Shown here one piece after another: positions 11,341 through 24,479 of a stretch of 64,000 nt of DNA. Under the pieces are notes generated by a model, which had not been told where the DNA came from, did not search any database, and saw only the letters and a program-made list of their open reading frames with translations. Within the stretch, counting starts at the first letter, position 1, and every line of letters begins with the position of its first letter. Both the position numbers and the translations under genes were made by a program. Source of the stretch: Felis catus (taxonomy: Eukaryota); contig NC_058368.1 of NCBI RefSeq assembly GCF_018350175.1, forward strand, positions 135,286,001 to 135,350,000, read 5' to 3'.

Positions 11341-13635
11341 AAAAACAGTGGATAAAAATGATCATTAATAGAATGAATATCTGACCTTTGATCAGACTGC
11401 AAATGGCCACTGGTGGCTGTGATGGTGAGTATCCATTTAGCAGAAAAGAATACCCTTAAAAGACTTGCTCGCACTTGGCAGCAATGTCTAGAAAGCAAGG
11501 CCCATTTCAGTTTGTATGTCACAGGAGCAGTTCTCCTTTCGCCAAATGTCATGTTTTCTGTTTTATTTCTCTCATTTTCTTATACCAGAAAAATTTCATC
11601 TGCTCCCGATGTTCATTCCCTATTTAAAGACAGCATTCAGTTTGTGAAGCCAGCAGCTGCCAATGCTGTCACTACCCAGGTCTGTGGTGCTGAAGGCCCA
11701 ATCTGCAGCGAGAAGTGACACAAACCCACTGCTGTTCCATCCAGAGAGCGTTGTGGTATGCAGGGCGGGTTAGGGGATCAAGCCCCCACTGAGGAATAGG
11801 CGACAGAAAACACAGAAGGCAAACAAAACAGAAATGTGTTTCACATGCAAACACTCGGAGCCATTCAAAAGAAAAGAGAAGAAGGCACGAAAATAGAAAA
11901 TCGTAACGGGTTTGGGGTAGGACGCTTTTTAAATCAAAGATCGTGTTTTCCTTTCCTTGTTCTCTGGGAACAAGAACCCGTCACTGAGATGAATTTATAA
12001 CTGTTTTCATCATTTACATGAAGCACCACAAAGAGCTGGACTCCAGGCTGCCAGGCAGGCTGCACCCCGGGGGGCCGGAATGCATCATTAATTAAGGCGA
12101 GGCCGCAGAGATGGGTTATCTGGGCACTTCGGGCGCCCCATACACGTACTTCTCCAAGCCAGAGCAGGTGCACCTGGTAAAGTTTTCAAGGTGAACCTGA
12201 CTTTCCTCAACACTCCTCACCCCCAACTTCCTTCTAGGCATTTCTAGCCTAGTTATACCCCCACGTTCCAGAGAAGGCACGATCTCCTTCAAATATCACG
12301 CCCGCTTCTCGAACATTATCTGCTGAAACAAATTTAGCATCATGCATTACATCACCACCTTGCTGCAGATTACGGGCCCAGACAACTATCTCCCACATGG
12401 GCCAAGGTGATCCGGGCAGCCTGGGGCATCAGTCTGTCCACATCGGAAGGGAGCAGAGCTTCTCGCTAAGCAGATGCTCTTGAGCCAGCCGATCTAGGAA
12501 CTCTATTTTATTTCTTTTTTTTTCCCCTTTAAACATGCAGATCGTAATATCAGACCTAGAAGTTTTCTGTGCTGCACAATTTATGCTAGCTCATTACCTC
12601 CTGCTACACTCCAAGGCTTTGTAACGGAAATTGGCTCTGATTTCTGAGATGGGCATTACATCATAGCCTTCTTTTAGCACATTATGTCATCCCTGCTGAG
12701 ACGCATTATCTAGGGTTGGCTCAGCAGTAGTGATTTTTTTGTGGGCCGACTGCAGTGTTCGCAAAGAACTGCTGGGAACCACAGATTGAAATCTGAAACA
12801 TTTATCTTCTAAAAAGCTGGAAAAGGGGAAAGATGTTCACATCAGACCCCATTTATTTTCCTTAACCCTCTCCTCTCCCAGCTTCTTTTAGATCACATGG
12901 CAACAAATGCCAGCGATCAATGTTGCAAAGCCTGGGCACAGACGATCAACTTGAGATAACCACTGCCTGAAATATCAGTCCCCATCAAGAGCAGATACAC
13001 CTGACACTTGTCACAATTCTGTCTGAAGGCATTTCACAAATGCTTGGAAAAAATCACCTTGCACGCTCACACTGATAACATAGAGCACCCTGCCTAATTC
13101 TTGGGTTAAGAAAAGCATTTCTTCTCCTGATCTGTTTATAAATCTATATGAATGAAAACTACATGTACACACATGCTTATCCTCCTGACCGTGTTGTGGC
13201 GACAAAGGCAAACTTCTAGAAGATTTGCATTAGAAATAATTTTTATGCAGAGAACTGAGCTGATATTATCTCTTCTCACTTCAACCATGAAATTAGAAGC
13301 CCATTGTGTATCTCTCCATCCTAGGCAGGATTAGAAACCATTGCACAGAGGGAATAGACAGGTGCTTGCAGGATAAAGCCAAGATATTCCCAAACCCCAG
13401 AGAATCCCAACACCTCTCTTGTTACAAAAGCATAATTATGGGAGGAAAAAAGTCTCTAAATACTGAAAGGAAATGGGATACATTCAACCATGACTAAATT
13501 ACAATTCCCTCCTTATACAGCAACTAATGAGATTCACTGGATGGGGACTAAGTGCTGGGGGAGGAGGTGTAAGAGAGGTTATGGTATCTCCTTCCCCCCA
13601 CCCACCCCTGCTGCATTTTTTTCCACTGACTTTTT

Positions 13636-13847
13636 CAATTTTTTTTTAACATTATTTTTGAGAGACAGAGAGAGACAGAGCATGAGCAGGGGAGGGGCAG
13701 AGGGAGAGGGAGATACAGAATCTGAAGCAGGCTCCAGGCTCTGAGCTGTCAGCACAGAGCCCGACGTGGGGCTCGAACTCACGAACTGCGAGATCATGAC
13801 CTGAGCCGAAGTTGGACGCTTAACCGACTGAGCTACCCAGGCGCCTC
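13636..13847 (-). mobile_element. Can-SINE
   Basis: Reverse SINE; TSD tccactgacttttt. Confidence 0.97.
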
Positions 13848-16137
13848 ATCCACTGACTTTTTAATAGTGAATATTTTTATGCTCTCAGTTGCATTTGTGG
13901 CTCTCAAATGGTAGCCACATCCAAACACCTTTATAACTAAAAGAGAGGCAAGCAAAGCTATCATTTGGCCCAAAGAGTCTTGCTCCAACTTCTACCCTTG
14001 ATGATTTTTCATGTTCTTTGCTAGTGCCTTCTCCCCACTGCCAGTGGATCATAAAGCAAGATGGTAGCCTTCACCCTTCATTCAGCCCAGAGGAAGGCCA
14101 GTGAGCAGTCTGAACATTTGAAAAGGGATCGGGACACCTGGCCCCTTGCTCATGGCAGAGAAACTTCCTGGGTGACGATCAGCTGGAGGCTCCACCTTTA
14201 GCACTTCCTCTTCTTTCATATTTCATGTCCATTGCTATTTGCCTCTTTCGTCCTAGAGGGGATGGGACGAGGATTGATGGGATGATCCCACCAAGGGCTC
14301 CGAGGCTTTCAGATGGATGGTGCTCTATAAAATAGTGCTATTTAACAGCTAAGGACATTTACAAGAATCCTCTTACCCTTCTCCTTTGCCTTCCATTGTC
14401 CTTTCGTCTCCACTCCATCCCCCTAGCTCTAGGAATTTTATGGTCTGAAGGCCAAAATGCTTTAAATCTTAATAACTACATGTGCCACTTGGAATACTGA
14501 AAGGAAACTATATATACTCTTTACCTGACTCATTCCAAGCTTTTACTGCAGCCAAAGTAACTGCTGCACCATTTAAACATTCCACCGAAAAAGCAAGTAG
14601 CCTTCAGCACATTAAGCTGATGTCGTGCAAGTTGTAAAATATTAAATGACCAGAACTTCTATCCAATAAAGAAATTACCTGGCTCAATCACCCCCTTTCC
14701 CTTTGCAGGAGGCAAGATGGGTTCACAAACGTAAAGGACATATGCCTGCCTCTAGATAGAGCTAGCCACCAGCTCTTGAAGACACACGAGGGGAGGGGGC
14801 TAAACATTACTACTCCCTCTTCCTCCAGTGCCCCAAGGTTGTGAACAATCCTGCAAAAAAAAAAAAAAAGGCTTTTAGGATGCCCAGAAGTCCTCAGTCC
14901 ACTCCCCAACCAGGCTAATTATGGAAAGGAGCCATTGTGCTCTTGGCATTGTAACAGGACAGCCACTGGCAATGAGACGAGTTCTGCTACCTTCTTACAG
15001 GGAAGAGGAAACCTAGCTCCAAATCTAGTCGTTTCTAAAGGTAAGTGTATATTGGGGGAGATCAGATTTCACAGTGAGAAATCAACTATTCCCTAATGGA
15101 TGTCCCAAAATAAAGATGAAGGGCACAGGTGGCCAAGGAAGAATGGGAGATCACACAAGGAACTCCCTGGCTCCTGACATTATAGTAAAGCCAGGCTTGG
15201 AGTGAGAAGGGAATTCTGCGCCAGGCTTCAGGTGCCTTTGCCGCTGCCTTGGCACCACTCACTATACTTGGGAGGTTAGCAGAAGAGGAATAAAACAGTG
15301 TGGACCTTTTGGGCACTCTTGGACAAGGGCATGTGGACAGCTGGCATAGCCTCCCTTGCCCCCACCTGCCCAGAATCACTAGCAAGATCACCTAATGCAT
15401 AGAAAAATTGACATTTATTTTATCATTGAAAGTTTTGATCCCGCTACCTATCAGCAATGCCAGGAGACCAGCTGTCCTGACCAGTTGCTCTCTGGGTGCC
15501 ACCCCAGAGTTCCAGGAGCCATCCCCTGGGGGCTTGTGGCATTTTCTAGGCTGCAGGGCCTTCCCTAGTCCCCAGAGTAAGCCCTCATCAATGCACCTTC
15601 AGATCCGTCTTCTTAGAAACAGCAACAAAAACTTCTACAAACGTAAGCATGTATGAATATACTGACTACAAAAACATCAAGGATTACCATTTAGACCCAT
15701 AAAGGTTATAGAGATTTACTTTATCCGGCTTTGAAAAAAAAAATCATACAGGTTCCTTTACAACTCACATCCAGACTGTGTCTGGTCAGGATCCTTCTTA
15801 ACTTCCAGCATTCTTGCATTCCCTTCACCTCTACTCCTAGTCCAGGCTAAGTAGCCTGCCTTTCCCTTAAGAAGGTTTTTCCTTCTCGGTTGGCGGGTTT
15901 CTTCTCCACATTTCTTTCATGATCTGAGGCGTGTCTCTTGCTTACCCCTTAACAGAAGTCCTAGGTTCTCATTAATCCTGAACAACAGAACTAGCAGGCT
16001 CCATTCGTTCATTGAGCACATACTTACAGAACAGGAGCAATTATTGTGCAAAGTGTTGTTAGGGATGAATCAGACATGGCTTCAGCTTTCAGGCACAGGA
16101 GAGACCACAGACATGCTATATTAATAAATATGTGACA

Positions 16138-16394
16138 GGGGCGCCTGGGTGGCGCAGTCGGTTAAGCGTCCGACTTCAGCCAGGTCACGATCTCACGGTC
16201 CGTGAGTTCGAGCCCCGCGTCAGGCTCTGGGCTGATGGCTCGGAGCCTGGAGCCTGTTTCCGATTCTGTGTCTCCCTCTCTCTCTGCCCCTCCCCCGTTC
16301 ATGCTCTGTCTCTCTCTGTCCCAAAAATAAAATAAACGTTGAAAAAAAAAATTTAAAAAAAAAAATAAATAAAAAATAAAAAATAAAAAATAAA
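16138..16394 (+). mobile_element. Young SINEC_Fc with long A tail
   Basis: CpG-rich body, long A-rich tail, perfect TSD aataaatatgtgaca. Confidence 0.98.
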
Positions 16395-16410
16395 AATAAA
16401 TATGTGACAG

Positions 16411-16815
16411 AGGCTGCCAGCTCTTCAGCCACGTTCCTTCTCTTATTCCTGGCTACACAGCCAGATAAACTTCTCAACCCCCTCTACTATCAAGGGAGGC
16501 CATGTGCCTGGGTCCTAGTCAATATAAAGTGGATGGATATGATGTGCGCCACTTCCAATGATGCACCTGTGAGATCCTACATGCTCTTTCCTCCTTCTGG
16601 CTCATTGAAATGGCAGGATCACCAAAACTCAGAAGCCATGTGTTGAATGGCAGGGCCTCAGACAGTCTGAGTCCACCAATGCCCACTTAAAGGAAAGCTG
16701 CCTTTGTGGCCTATTCATGTTCATGTCTGCTACAACAGCAAAAAATAAACTCCTACTGTGCACATCCATCACCCGTTCAGGTCTATTGATAACAGCAGCC
16801 AGGCTGCTCTAATTA
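16411..16815. mobile_element. MLT1-type LTR remnant
   Basis: ggctacacagccaga...gccatgtg...gatgtgcgccacttcc...aataaactcctactgtg resembles MLT1 LTRs. Confidence 0.55.
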
Positions 16816-17857
16816 ATATAAATGTTGAAATGATCTATTGAAATGCAAAGATGCTCACAGAGTACACGACAGTAAGCTGAAACACTGTTATTAGAACTTG
16901 ACGTTACTTTTCATAAGAACATGTACATAAATGTACATAGACACACATAGAGAAAGTTCTAGAAGTATGTATCTCAAGGTATAGGTGTTTATCTCTGAAT
17001 GGCAGTAGTATAGGTGTGGATTATCTATATTTCCTGGTGTGAAATGAAATGATTTTGTAATTAAAGGATACAAGCTATGGTTAACATTGAAAAGGAAGGT
17101 ATGTCTTGAGATGTAAATACAAAAGAATAGCATCTCAAAGTGGTTAAAGATTTCCTGAGGGAAATTAGGAAAGGTTTCTCAAACTAAGCATCTATTAATG
17201 ACCCCTCCAACACTGAAAATCTATAACTTAGCTACAGCCTGAGAAATAGAATAGTTCAATTATACAACACACCCGGTTCCCAGCCTTTACATATTAAGGC
17301 CTTGTCAATGGAGATCAATTCACCTAACAGGATGGAAGGCATAAATCTTTTACCTTTAGGAAGCGCAAAGAGACTAGTCTCAGCAGTTGTTTGGGGTAGG
17401 GGGGTAAGGATAAGGAGAAAGGGAAGAATTACAAGGGTTAGAGAAGGAAAGAAGTAGCATACTGCCATTACACCATTTTGTACCTTTTGAAAATGTTGCT
17501 ATATATATTTATTACTTATTCCAAATTTTTAGAAAATATTTATGAATTTTGTGTTGCAAGTATTCACCGCCTACTTTTTCAAAAGTCTAAGTTCCATGGC
17601 CTTTTGTAAATATTAAGTCAGAGATTCCCTTTGAATTGGTTAAGAACAAAGACGCTAAGCAAGTAAACCAGGTCAAACTTTCCCAGGAGAATTCCTCAAA
17701 ACCATAGATCCAACTGGTCACTGCAGCAAAGGTTCCCCTTTTTATGTGGGAAGAGCTTAAATATGTTCTTGCCATACACTGGAGGAAAGGGGTGGTGAGT
17801 GAAGAGTCCCCTCTGCTTTCACACTATCTTCAAAAGGGCCTGGAGAGGGGGGGAGAG

Positions 17858-18005
17858 GTAAAAGAGATACAGGGGTTAAGCACACTTACCTTGAAGAGCA
17901 CTGAATAACGATGTATAGAAATGTTGAATCACTATATTGTACACCTGCAACGAATACAATGCTGTATGCTAATTATACTTAAATTTAAAAAATAAAAATA
18001 AAAAT
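17858..18005 (+). mobile_element. L1 3' end (carnivore-type), 5'-truncated
   Basis: gagcactgaataacgatgtatagaaatgttgaatcactatattgtacacctg...tatgctaattatact plus A tail. Confidence 0.8.
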
Positions 18006-18058
18006 CTTTAAGGGCTCAGAGAAAGATTTGGGGGTACCATAAGAATCAGAAACTTTGT

Positions 18059-18251
18059 GGGGCACCTGGGTGGCTGAGTCAGTTAGGCCTCCAACTTCGG
18101 CTCAGGTCACGATCTCACAGTCTGTGGGTTCAAACCCCGCATCCGGCTCTGTGCTGACAGCTCAGCCTGGGGTCTGCTTCGGATTCTGTCTGTCTGTCTA
18201 TCTGTGTCTCTCTCTCAAAAATAAATAATACAACATTTAAAAAAAATTAAA
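18059..18251 (+). mobile_element. Can-SINE
   Basis: SINE head and tail; TSD aatcagaaactt. Confidence 0.96.
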
Positions 18252-18369
18252 AATCAGAAACTTCGCAAAATGTGGTGAGCCAAAGCCCCAACCACTGTTT
18301 TGCCATGAAGACTTGGAGGGTGACACAAAAGAGGAGGGACAAGCCCACCAACTCTCTAGACTAGTAAAG

Positions 18370-18760
18370 AATATTGCAGTCTCAGATCCCTGCAACCAGA
18401 CTCTGAAACAGAGATTTGTCAGTAGGTGGCTTGCTGTGTGGGGCTCTTTGATTGCCAGCAGGGAGGGAGGAAAAGAAGTAGAATTAGACACAAGGAGGAG
18501 TTGAGCTGTGCTGGTCACAAGAAAGGTGTCAGTGGATCCCCATGGAGCCGGGATGACCCTTCTGATTTGTCCCAAGTTGAAGCTAAGCTTTTATGTGCCC
18601 TCAGGGCCTTGCACAAGCAGCTGTCTTCAGCCACTTTTCTGGGAAGGACTCAGTTGTGAGACATCAGCAGACAATATGCCCAATAGGTATGGGGTTCGGG
18701 GGCAAGTGCCTAGAATCAGGGGACACTCTACATCATCCACTAGAGAGAGGTAGTAGGATG
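18370..18760. mobile_element. MaLR-like LTR remnant
   Basis: cagactctgaaacagagatttg resembles the motif at about 2320 (cagagcctgagataaaagtttg) typical of old MLT1 LTRs. Confidence 0.35.
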
Positions 18761-21133
18761 TCAAGTCTTCTCCTATCAGTCTATATCCAGCTGCCAAGAG
18801 ACAACAACAAAGTCTCTCTGAAATTCCTCAACTTCTTAAGCAAGCCCAGGGACTCTAGAGGCCAAACCCCCTGGGCCATCTCCCCCATGGAACCTAGGCT
18901 CCAGCCACATGCAGCTACTCACCGGTCCCAGAAATTACCATCCCCTTTTGTGGCTCTAAGCCTTCATACATACTGTTCCTTCTGCTATTCCTTCTTTCCT
19001 CTCTTATCTTCATAGAAAATCCCTACTTATTCTCTGATCCTCAGGGTAATTTCCCCTGGGAAACTTCCCTGGCTCCCATATTCCTAGCAACTCATACTCT
19101 CTCACCCCATGTGACCACCATGTTGTAAGCATCTACACTACCACCCACACCAACCCCTGTGAGTATACCAGTTCTGCATGTGTGTTCCCACTCTACTAGA
19201 GGCTTCCTAAAAACAGAGCCATGTCTTCTTCCATCCTCACATGCCTGATGCATAGGAAGTATTATTAAATGTCTGTTGAATGAATAAATAATTCAATGTG
19301 GAGAAATGGTGCTGGCAGCACTAGCCCTGTCAAGGAAAAACAGACAAATTCTGATAAACTGGTGGGACAGGAGACAGGAACTAAGGACATGGAGAGAGGC
19401 AAGGTGTTTGCCACCAGCCATGTGCCAGAAACATTTGGCTTTTATGCCATCTTTGTTTCTTGATATTGATTGTCCACCTTCAGCATCACAGAAGAGAGAC
19501 AACATTGGGGGTTCTTATGTTAACAGCAAAATTGCTCCTAGGGTATAATAACCAGAAACTCTTGTAAGGACAACTTTTAGGAAGGAGTGTGGGCCTGCAC
19601 AGATCCCCAGGTGAGACTGTTCACTAAATGAGATGGTGGTCCCGAGGAAGTATCCTCTCTGCATTCTCTCCTGGAAAATCTCGGCCAAGGGCAAGAGGAG
19701 CTGCCGCAAGCGAACAACATATTTAACTTTTATCCTCATGCTGATCAATGAAGATGCTCATGAGGGGACGGCCGTGGGACTGCATGAGCCAATAGTCTTT
19801 AGACCAAAGAGGAACAAGGGCCCAGGTAACAGCAGGAAAAGGGGGCACTGTGTGACCCTGGAGCCCCCTTCTAAGGGGAAAGTGGAATGCAGGCTCTCAC
19901 CTTTCTTTGCCTCTCATCCCCATCCACATCTCTACCCTCAAGAGGAATGGGACTAGCCTAAACTACAATGAGAAGTGACTATATCTCAGTCATATCTTGA
20001 GATATGGTCAAGGAAGTAACCATTTTTTTTCCCAGAATCTCCATGCAAGCGTAATACACTGAGTAATGAGACAAAATTACCTAAGGTCATTGTCAACAGG
20101 CATCAAAACAAGTTTGGCTTCAATCAAAATGAATTTTAGGTCCATCTTTCTTTATCCTCAAGTCTTAATGCCTCATTACACAACCAGAGATCTGCCATTT
20201 TAGGAAGAAAAAAATATTCTGTTTCCTCAGGAAATGCCAAGGGGCCACAAATTTTAATCTGCTCCAGCTGGAGTGGAGGCTGGGGGCTTATTTAAGCTCA
20301 GAAAGTATACCTTCTTGCATTTCCTCCTGCTGACAAACTAAAGATCCTCCTTGACCAAGGTTTAGGTAGCTGCTCCCAGTATCCAAAGAAAGATTGCCCA
20401 GCCAAGCAACTGCTCCACCCACCTGAAAGCCTGCTTAGGATGCCATTTGAATGTAGGAGTCAATCTCTAAATATAACCCTGAAAGCAGCCTCCGCCATCA
20501 TCCCTGCACTTGTAGCCTCTCTCTTCCAAAATAGTAAAATGGCATGGGCGGGCCTTCTGCCTCCCCCCCCCCTCCCCAGGGGGCAGCCTGGGGTAATGAG
20601 ACACAAGAGAGCAATCCTCTGCTGTCGTTCCCTCAACACTTGCTTGGGAGGAGGGGTGCACAGAGTAGTTTTCCACCCGGGAGTTGCTACCAAGCCCCAA
20701 CCTCCCAATTCCCCACTGGGTCCCTCTCAAAGCATCTGGTCCCTAGTGTGAGTCAGCTATCCCAGGGCATTGATTAGCCTCAGCAAAACCCTCAGGAGTG
20801 TGTCCTTCCCACCACCTTGACCCAGGGCTCCTGCTGTAAAATTCAGAATCACAACATATCCTGTTCCTAACTGATCATCCTTATATCACCAGATGTTATT
20901 CCAATAACCAAACAATATCCGCTTATTGTTGGTCTCTCTAAGCCTGAGGTCTTTGACACCAGTGCTGTGTCTTCCCATCCATGGACCTTCAGCACCCACC
21001 ACGGTTCCAGGCACATAGCAGATGCCCAATAAATGCTGGAGGGTTGGAGAGAGGGATGAAGGGAGAAATAGAGGTGGAAGGGAGGGAGAAATGGAGGAGG
21101 GAGGGAGGAAAAGTTGGGTGGGTGGGTGGGTAA

Positions 21134-21184
21134 ATGGATGGATGGATGGATGGATGGATGGATGGATGGATGGATGGATGGATG
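21134..21184 (+). repeat. (ATGG)n tetranucleotide microsatellite
   Basis: Read directly; follows an L2-like 3' end (ggcacatagcagatgcccaataaatg). Confidence 0.97.
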
Positions 21185-22334
21185 AAGGAGGAATTGCCTT
21201 GGTGTTGCACTTGGTAGACAGAGGGACACATGATAGGAAGTACAGCCTGAGGAGTGTGGCTATAGCTGTGCCCTGCTACTCAGAACATGATCCTGGAACC
21301 CTCACAGAATTCTAGGAGCTCCAAGTCAGAGAATGACAGTGCCATGGCTGCTGCCCAAAACTAAATCCACTTGGGGCCTCTCCAAAGCAGGTGCAGGAGG
21401 GAATTGTGTTAAGATCACCTGTAGAACACAGTGACCCTCACTGACACAACCCAAGGCAGGCTTCCCAATTCTCTGCATGCTTCTTCCCTCTGTGAGGAGA
21501 GAGGCATAGAGGTGTAGTCTCTCCCAGGTCCCCAGCCTGGTGAGGAAAGCTGGGCAGGAGCCATGCTGACTGTTCATCCCAGATGTGGCTGAGGAGGGTC
21601 TGGAGACTGAGGTAGCCTGTTCATCTACCCTGGACAGCAATGTTTTCATGTGTGCAGTTGGGCTGTTCTTCCCCTGGACAAAGCCTGAAAGCCTATAAAC
21701 CTCTGAATAGAAGGTCGTTGGTTTTATGGAAATGCTATTTCACTGGCTCTGCTTTATTTCCAGCCTGGCAGAGCCTTGTTATCAAGGCTGTTAGAGACAG
21801 CTGAGCTCCTGAGGCACTGGGACTCTGGGCAAGTGTCTTCTGACCAGGAATGGAGAGGCACCAGTGCTGGAATAACTAAGGGGCAGGGGATAAAATTAAG
21901 CATAGGAAAAGGCAGGCTAGAGTAAGATTGTACTACCTCATGGCCAGAGTTCTGCTTCCGTTAAGACCCAGCTTTGGAGAAGACAGGAGCCATCATTACC
22001 CTTCACCTGCCTGAGACCACCCTTGCCAGCGAAGCTTCTGGGGATGCAGGAACCCTACTGGCCCTGCCTTCTAGTAGTGAGCACCTCCCTTCTGTGGTCC
22101 TTCAACCTGGCTTCTGCTTCATGAAATGGACAATTAAGAACCAGTTAGGAACAAAAGAAGCTGCCCATTATGAGGACTAAACCTGAGGCTTCCTGGCAAT
22201 ACCAACTACCCATTTAGCTTTACTGACTAATTTCAATTAAACCAAAGCTAGAGGTTTTGGTCGCTTTGTGTGCTAGTGTTCTAATTGAACATGACATACA
22301 GGATTTCTATCATATTATAGAAATCTGTCTAACA

Positions 22335-22435
22335 AGACTTATTATGGTGATCATTTCACAATATATCCAAATATTGAATCATTATTTTGTAAACCTGAAA
22401 CTAATCTAAAATTGTATGTCAATTATACCTCAATT

Positions 22436-22436
<1 letters not shown>
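22335..22436 (+). mobile_element. L1 3' terminal fragment
   Basis: ggtgatcatttcacaatatatccaaatattgaatcatta...cctgaaactaat...tgtatgtcaattatacctcaat. Confidence 0.85.

Positions 22437-22505
<69 letters not shown>
22437..22505 (+). repeat. (GAAA)n microsatellite in the L1 tail position
   Basis: Read directly, immediately after the L1 3' end. Confidence 0.97.
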
Positions 22506-22514
<9 letters not shown>

Positions 22515-22774
22515 CAAACCCATCATTCTGGTTATACTATAGATGGAAACTGTTTCCACAACAGTTGAGGTAAAGCAGACAGGGAGTTAACTTCTTTGGA
22601 GCAAACCCTACATACCCACCATAAGATACTTCATTTTACTTAATTTCACTTGATCTTAACAACCCCTTGAGATAAGTATTACCATCTTCCTTTTACGAGG
22701 AAAACAAAGTTCAGAGAAGTTGCCTTACATGCTTGCAACAAACAAGTGGAGAATCCATCCATGTCCCTTCTTCT

Positions 22775-22945
22775 CCAGCTATGGTTGTCAGCCCTGGCGG
22801 CCCAGGAGAATCAACTGGGAAACTTTTAAAGACTGTGGGGGACCAAGTCCCATCCCCGGAGAGTCTGACTTAATGGATCAGGAGCAGGTCCTAGATTTTT
22901 TTGGCAAAAGGATCAGTGGCTACCTCATGTTGAGGGCATACAGAT
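22775..22945. mobile_element. MER5-like hAT MITE
   Basis: gaatcaactgggaaacttttaaa...cccatccccggagagtctgacttaatgg resembles the MER5A body. Confidence 0.6.
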
Positions 22946-23919
22946 CCTGAAGAAAAAAAAAAATGCATTACAGTGTCCATTTCATCTTAGCACAACGGTA
23001 GGAAGTCACCTACCATGTGACTCCAGCTCATCCATGAAAGTGATTCCAGTAAGTCTTAGGTAGGGTGGAAAATCAGGCTGACAGCTGAACACTTTTGTAG
23101 CTCATAAATGCTTTTAGCCTATCTACAAAGTTGTACCGAGTCTCCTAGGTAACTGGGACAATTTTCATTAAAGTGGGAAATATTGAGCAAGATGGCTGAC
23201 AACACTTGCACTGAGATGTTCATATCCCATAGCTGGTAACTAATTTGCGATGGGACTGGACGTGACTTAAGCTCTGTGATTCAGGGTGCTCCCCCAGTCA
23301 CAGAGGTAGGAGGAAGGGAAGACAACACTGTGCTGTCTTGCATGAAAACTTGGGAGACCTGAACAGATTATTCCATGTTTATGAAGTGCTTTGGGCTCCC
23401 CGAGTAATCACATGGTGTCAGGGCCTGGTGTGACCAGTATGTGCACAAGTCCAAGATTAATTGCTCCTCTCAGCCCTGAATTATGCTCTGTGCCCAGTGA
23501 CACACGTGTCCATGTGCCCTCACAGATCACAAAGCCTGGGCTGCAGCTCTCCCTGTGAAGAGGCAAGAAGGTGCCATCCTATCAGAAATTTTGCTCCTTA
23601 TAACAGATACCTTTGAGCTGGAATTCATCTGCTGCTAGTTCCTTGGCACTTGTTTAGCACAGGCCAAGGAGCCGGATCAACAAACACGGCTGTAGTCAGT
23701 ACAAGCTATTCTTGCTCAGCAGATTCCTTTTATGAAATATAGATAATACTCAAATAATCAGGCAATTGAGACCCCAGGTTAACAGGTAGGAAGGGTCTCC
23801 ACTTTATAACTGCAACCTTTGCGCCCCAATCATTGATTTCGCACAAAACCAGTTACTTTTCATAAGTAACTTTTTCATGCTACTTCCTGAGCAAAGAACG
23901 TAATAAAAATCGGCTTCTC

Positions 23920-24128
23920 AGGGCACCTGCGTGGCTCAGTTGGTTAAGCATCCAACTTTAAGCTCAGGTTATGATCTCACGGTCTGTGAGTTTGATCCCC
24001 ACGCCGAGGTCTGTGCTGACAGCTCAGAGCCTGGAGCCTGCTTCAGATTCTGTGTCTCCCTCTCTCTCTGCCCCGTCCCCTGCTCGCACTCTGTCTCTCA
24101 GTCTCAAAAATAAAATAAAAACATTAAA
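23920..24128 (+). mobile_element. Can-SINE
   Basis: SINE head and tail; TSD aaaaatc(g/a)gcttct. Confidence 0.96.
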
Positions 24129-24479
24129 AAAAATCAGCTTCTTACAATCAAGGGAGCCTGACCCTTAGGGCAGAATGCTGTTTGGCTAGGAAGCCATTAT
24201 TGAGTACATTTGCCTTTAAAAGTATATAATTTTAAGTTCAAATTCAGATGCTTTATGTATTTGTTCTTCTTTCAGGTATAAAGCTTTAAAATGTTACAGT
24301 GACAGGGGCAGCTTAGAGATCTAGTCCATATCTCTCATTTTAAGAGGGCACTAAAATCCAAAACCATGAAGTGACCAGCCCGAGGTCAGCCAGAATGCCC
24401 TGACTGTGCCCTCTCTTCTCTTTATCTCATGAGAGAGAGAGAAGGAGAGAGAGAGAAAGCTTTCCCAGGCTCCCGAGTT

